The translations under genes were made by a program, and so were the position numbers. 53,635 bases of DNA from Guillardia theta CCMP2712 (Eukaryota; Protista; Cryptophyta). Under the pieces are notes generated by a model. That model did no database searches. It had not been told where the DNA came from and saw only the letters and a list, made by a program, of their open reading frames with translations. Shown in pieces: positions 49,547 to 53,635 of this stretch. Every line of letters starts with the position of its first letter. Within the stretch, counting starts at the first letter, position 1. The stretch lies in assembly GCF_000315625.1 (NCBI RefSeq), contig NW_005434519.1, positions 1 to 53,635 on the forward strand, given 5' to 3'.

Positions 49547-51104
49547 TGGACTCGAGGATCAACTGCCGTGAACGTTGTCTTAGAAAGCTGCCAGTCTCTT
49601 CAACTTGACAGATCGAGTTGTGCCCGTACAGAAGCATCATGGGCCGCAGTTCGTCACCGTAGCACTCCGACCAGCCTCGGACCGCGGGCCTCCCGTGACT
49701 GCGCCTAAGTGCTCAGTGGTGACGTAGCATGACAGTGAGAGTAGGATGACAGGGAGAAGCAGAAACTTATGAGGAGCTCCAGCTCCAGAGGCTAAGACGA
49801 TTGTCCCATGGAGCAAGGAGCTCAATCAATAGTGCGACTTTCCAAGGCTGCGCCTGTGAGAGGGTCAGGCTCTTCATTCCAACGGGTGTGTGCACACTGC
49901 ATGCTCAATACCAGGTTAGTCTAGACCTGCATCGCAAGTGAAGTAGTCATCGCTGCTACACGTTTGGAAACCTATCAATCAAATCTGAAACCATTCAGAC
50001 AGGAACTCCTCACATTGACTGCGATAGACGTGCCATGCTGATTGTCAAAAGCATCTACATCCATCAAAGCATCGTATTTACGCTGTGGATGCAAGAAGAA
50101 TATGATTCGACGCAAGTAGCTACGAGTTAGTCAGGACAGTGAGGTTCAAATCTCATCAAGCTGTGCGTGTGTTGGCATGTCCATACATCCAATTTGAGTT
50201 CATCAGGACTTTACTAGAGCGTATTATTTACAAATATCTATGCTGTACAGGCTCCAAGAGAACATTCAATCGATTTCCATGCTGTCTTCCGAACGAGTTG
50301 AGGATTGGTGTCTTGCCCTCATTACATTCTTCAGGCAATCGCTCCCGTTCGAAACAACAAGCACTTTCTTAGAGTCGGTAGAGATGAGACTTCTGTAACA
50401 CTGATCTTTCTTGCTGTTCACGCTTGTGATAAGTTCCTTGCACGCATTTTGGAGATATTTTCGCTGCAGTTCGTTCAAGTTCAGTGCGGGTATGCTTTTG
50501 CGTCGCTCAAACTGAAAGCTGGTTTCTTGTATCATCATCTTCTGTCATACAATTCTCGCTTGACAGGAACCACGGCAGACTGGTGTAGAGCTATGATGTA
50601 TCGAGCGTGTGTGCTCTCTGCTTGTGGGAGGGATCGCGGAGTTTGACGTCCCTGTGGTCGGTTTTGCTTTGTGTTGTAAAGGCAGGGTGTCCGATGGTTC
50701 GATAGAACGGTCGCTCTCCACGGGATCCATCTCCGTGTAGTAAATTTTGCGGTCTCAAGTCATGAGCCATCAGCTTGGAAATGCTTGTGGACTCCATGAG
50801 TAGATGTGAAATTCATCGAGTCTCTTCCAATGTAAATTACACATGTCTATACCCTGAGTACCTGAACACATCTCTTCTGGTTGAAGGGCCTGTAAGACCC
50901 TCTGCCTATCACGAGGTCAGTCATCAAGGCCTTACAAGGAACAATAAATCACACCATCTTCTTCGGGCAGGAGTCCATATGACATGATTTCAAGCATATG
51001 CCTGATTTGAGCTAAAAGTTTTGTTTTAAACGAATGACTTACAACCATGGATGACGGATGCAGCTGACAACCACTCCGTGACTAATCAGAATCAGACTCT
51101 TTCG

Positions 51105-51560
51105 TGAAGCGGCGGCCGATCGGAGTTGACCACTGTCAACAAAAAAGGACCGTAGTCACGGCGGCATGGGCCGAAGAAGGCAAAGCGGCGGGGCCGGGCA
51201 GGCCGGGCCGCCCGGCTCCGAGGCTCAGTCGGACGGTCCGGGATCGGACGGTGGCTCGGACAGTCACTGTGTGACTCGCAGTGACCGCCGGGCCCGGCCG
51301 ACCGTCGCCGGTGCTCCAGTTCGTTTCACTCAGGAGTCCGATCAATCATCGCGGTATGTGGTCGGACCATTCGGATTGATGAGTCACCGTGGCACTGAAA
51401 GTGTTTCCAAGTTTTGTTTTTGAAACGACCGGAGGCTGAGGCCCGGTCGTTTCAACGCCCGGTGACAAAGCGGCCCGCCGAATGATTGACTCAGTGATCG
51501 GATCGGACGGTGAGCTTCCGGGCCATAGAATAGCCTGACACATAACCTTTATTCTTTAAA
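51105..51560. promoter_or_regulatory. GC/CpG-rich intergenic island
   Basis: Dense CGGA/CCGG/GTCAC/TGACTC motifs and no credible ORF. Confidence 0.5.
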
Positions 51561-51746
51561 TTACAAGGCCTCAACGGCCGCGTTAGGAGGACCACCGGTG
51601 GCAGCCTGATAGACAAGCGGCTGACTCTGTGACAACCATGGCTCAGTCATCACCAACAAATCTGCGAAAAGCATCCAGTCAAGTCAACTCAAGACACAAA
51701 ACCATTGCATCGAGTCACACCTGAGCGGTAAAACCATCCCGGGCCC

Positions 51747-53048
51747 TCACGGCATGATTCCCTCCGTCGTCCACCTCCGCACCAGCCTTGCAAGATAGGA
51801 AAGCTTCTCCGCCCCTGCCGTCCTTGACTTCCTCAGGTACATGAGCGACTCCTCCGTCATCTGCTCATCCCGGCTCTTGTCGCTGGGGTTTGCTCGCATC
51901 CCCGGCGGAAGGTATCGGTTCTTGAACTGCTCGTACTCCTCAAGCGACGTCACGTCAAACGTGATCGTGTACCCATACTGCCGCCCTTGATCATCAAACA
52001 TCTTGTGTAGGGTGCACTTGAGGTGGGTCACCCCTCCCTCGCTCCCTCCCCGCGCTCCATGCATCATCCGCCAGTACCACGTCACCTCGCGATGGAACGA
52101 CTGACACAGCAGGTTGATGATCGTGACGAGAATCTCGTACTCGCTCACTTGCAGCAGCATGTCTCGGTTCGAGTGGCGGCACAGGATCTCCGTGTGGTGA
52201 AACCCCAGCAGCTCTGCTATCTCGTCTCCCAGCTTCATCCGCTTGCATAGAAGATTCTCCCTGTTAATCTCCATAGACAACCAGCGCCCATGCCCCCAGT
52301 ACTCGTTGCACGCTACTCGCTCAAACTCCTCTACCACGCCCCGCTCCTGCTTGGCGACTGCCAACCCCACGTCATCGCTCGGGAGGTTCTGACCATAGTT
52401 ACTGAGCCTCCCGTACGCATGCTGTCGGCACAGCACAGCCTTGTAGTCCGGGAGGACTTTGGACTTGTCCGACATGATGTGCCTCACCCTGTCGATCGCC
52501 TCGTCCATCGATGTCTTCAGATCCAGCGGCAGGATCTTGAACGCTCTGAACAAAGTCGACGCGCTCAGCCCCAGCTCCCACAGGACGCGCACGATGGTGA
52601 TGTTGACGCCGACCTGCAAGCACGCATGCCTGAGCGACTCCAGCGAGATCTCCTGGTCCTCCACGCTTTGGAACCACGTCTCCTTGGGGTCGCAGATCTG
52701 CGCGTAGAGCGTCGACGTATCTGACTCTGCCAGGCACTGAGCGCTCGTCCCGGCTATGATGCACATGGCGCAGGGCCGCACGTTGCTGCACTTGCGCTTC
52801 TTCTGACGGCACTCGGAGCACGAGTTGTTGATGTACTTGGCTCGCTTGCGACGAGGCTCCAGCCTTACAGCAAGAGCGTCCACAGCGACGTTGGGGTCGA
52901 CGAGAGGCTCGCAGTCGAGGGAGCAGGATGGCGGGGAGTGAGAGACGGCTGGGAGGTGGAGGGACCTCTCAAGGCTCTGAGCAGTCGCGGAGTTGAGTGT
53001 GGTGAGCTGTTCAGCCATCATCAAGCACCAATCGTCATCGTCTGTCAA
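51747..53048 (-). CDS. Zn(II)2Cys6-type transcription factor (main exon; upstream exon(s) likely)
   Basis: CSECRQKKRKCSNVRPCAMCIIAGTSAQC gives Cx2Cx6Cx5Cx2Cx8C. An acceptor-like TTTGACAG lies near 53042. Confidence 0.85.
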   Translation of the reverse strand: MTDDDDWCLMMAEQLTTLNSATAQSLERSLHLPAVSHSPPSCSLDCEPLVDPNVAVDALAVRLEPRRKRAKYINNSCSECRQKKRKCSNVRPCAMCIIAGTSAQCLAESDTSTLYAQICDPKETWFQSVEDQEISLESLRHACLQVGVNITIVRVLWELGLSASTLFRAFKILPLDLKTSMDEAIDRVRHIMSDKSKVLPDYKAVLCRQHAYGRLSNYGQNLPSDDVGLAVAKQERGVVEEFERVACNEYWGHGRWLSMEINRENLLCKRMKLGDEIAELLGFHHTEILCRHSNRDMLLQVSEYEILVTIINLLCQSFHREVTWYWRMMHGARGGSEGGVTHLKCTLHKMFDDQGRQYGYTITFDVTSLEEYEQFKNRYLPPGMRANPSDKSRDEQMTEESLMYLRKSRTAGAEKLSYLARLVRRWTTEGIMP

Positions 53049-53635
53049 ACAATCAAAAATCAGCTTGTCTGTATTTTGTATTCTTTGAAACCTTTTATAT
53101 CCCGTTTCTCTTCGAGGTTGGAACGGATCATCCCAGTTGATTCTTTGATAAAAGATTAGTGTTCAGCAGCTTATAAAACGTTTTCCTTTTACTAATTGCT
53201 ATATTCTTTTTGTTTGTTTTCAGAGACAACTCCTCAGGGGAGGGTTTGGTTCGCTGGTATCGATCCAAGTGAGCTAAACACTACTAAAGACACAACTATC
53301 TCACTGTCAGCCTGAGTTTAAGTACTGATTGAGCAAATAAAACTCAAGTCACACTGCATGATAACATACAAGAGGCAATCTTCCACGTGCGATTCAAACC
53401 AACACAAACTAAAATGAGGTATCTGAACGCAGGACGTTCTGTTTTGAGCATGACCATGTTCTTTCCTTCAATTCTTTCAAGTGTATGAAACAACCTTGCT
53501 TTGTTTGCACTCACCTCTTCCCCATCTTGACATGCTCTCTCTCTATCTCTCTCCCTCTCCCTCCACTCTGTCTTCATCTTCTTTCCTCGCACTTGGTGCC
53601 GAGCGCAGGGAAGGTTCGGCTTCTTTGATGTCTTG

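Noticed and set aside
49637-50987. Possible minus-strand gene(s) between the AG repeat and the last GC island
   Set aside because: Only short ORFs without recognisable motifs. A gene may exist but cannot be supported.

Overview
This is a eukaryotic chromosome end, with plant-type (CCCTAAA)n telomeric repeats at the left. The ~40-60 nt GT-AG introns, an axonemal dynein, and RWP-RK, Zn2Cys6 and EsV-1-7 genes fit a flagellated alga, most plausibly a cryptophyte such as Guillardia (inference). The first 1.85 kb is a mosaic of three telomeric tracts interleaved with two retroelement-like pieces. One is a decayed intron-bearing ORF whose ATG lies 18 nt from a telomeric tract. The other is a short 3' fragment with AATAAA and an (AAT)n tail joined at TTT|AGGG. 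Further in are a 5'-truncated CRE-like RT/RLE non-LTR retrotransposon facing an inverted N-terminal fragment, and host genes: LMBR1-like, EsV-1-7 Cys-repeat, SCLT1-like, DNAH5/8-type dynein heavy chain, Sel1-repeat, RWP-RK, an apparently catalytically dead family-A polymerase, a KDEL cystatin-like protein, a PDZ protein, a signal-peptide GT41/OGT-like protein, FKBP and a Zn2Cys6 factor. Five short, very GC-rich motif-dense islands and several simple repeats separate the genes. All family calls come from reading motifs by eye; no searches were run.
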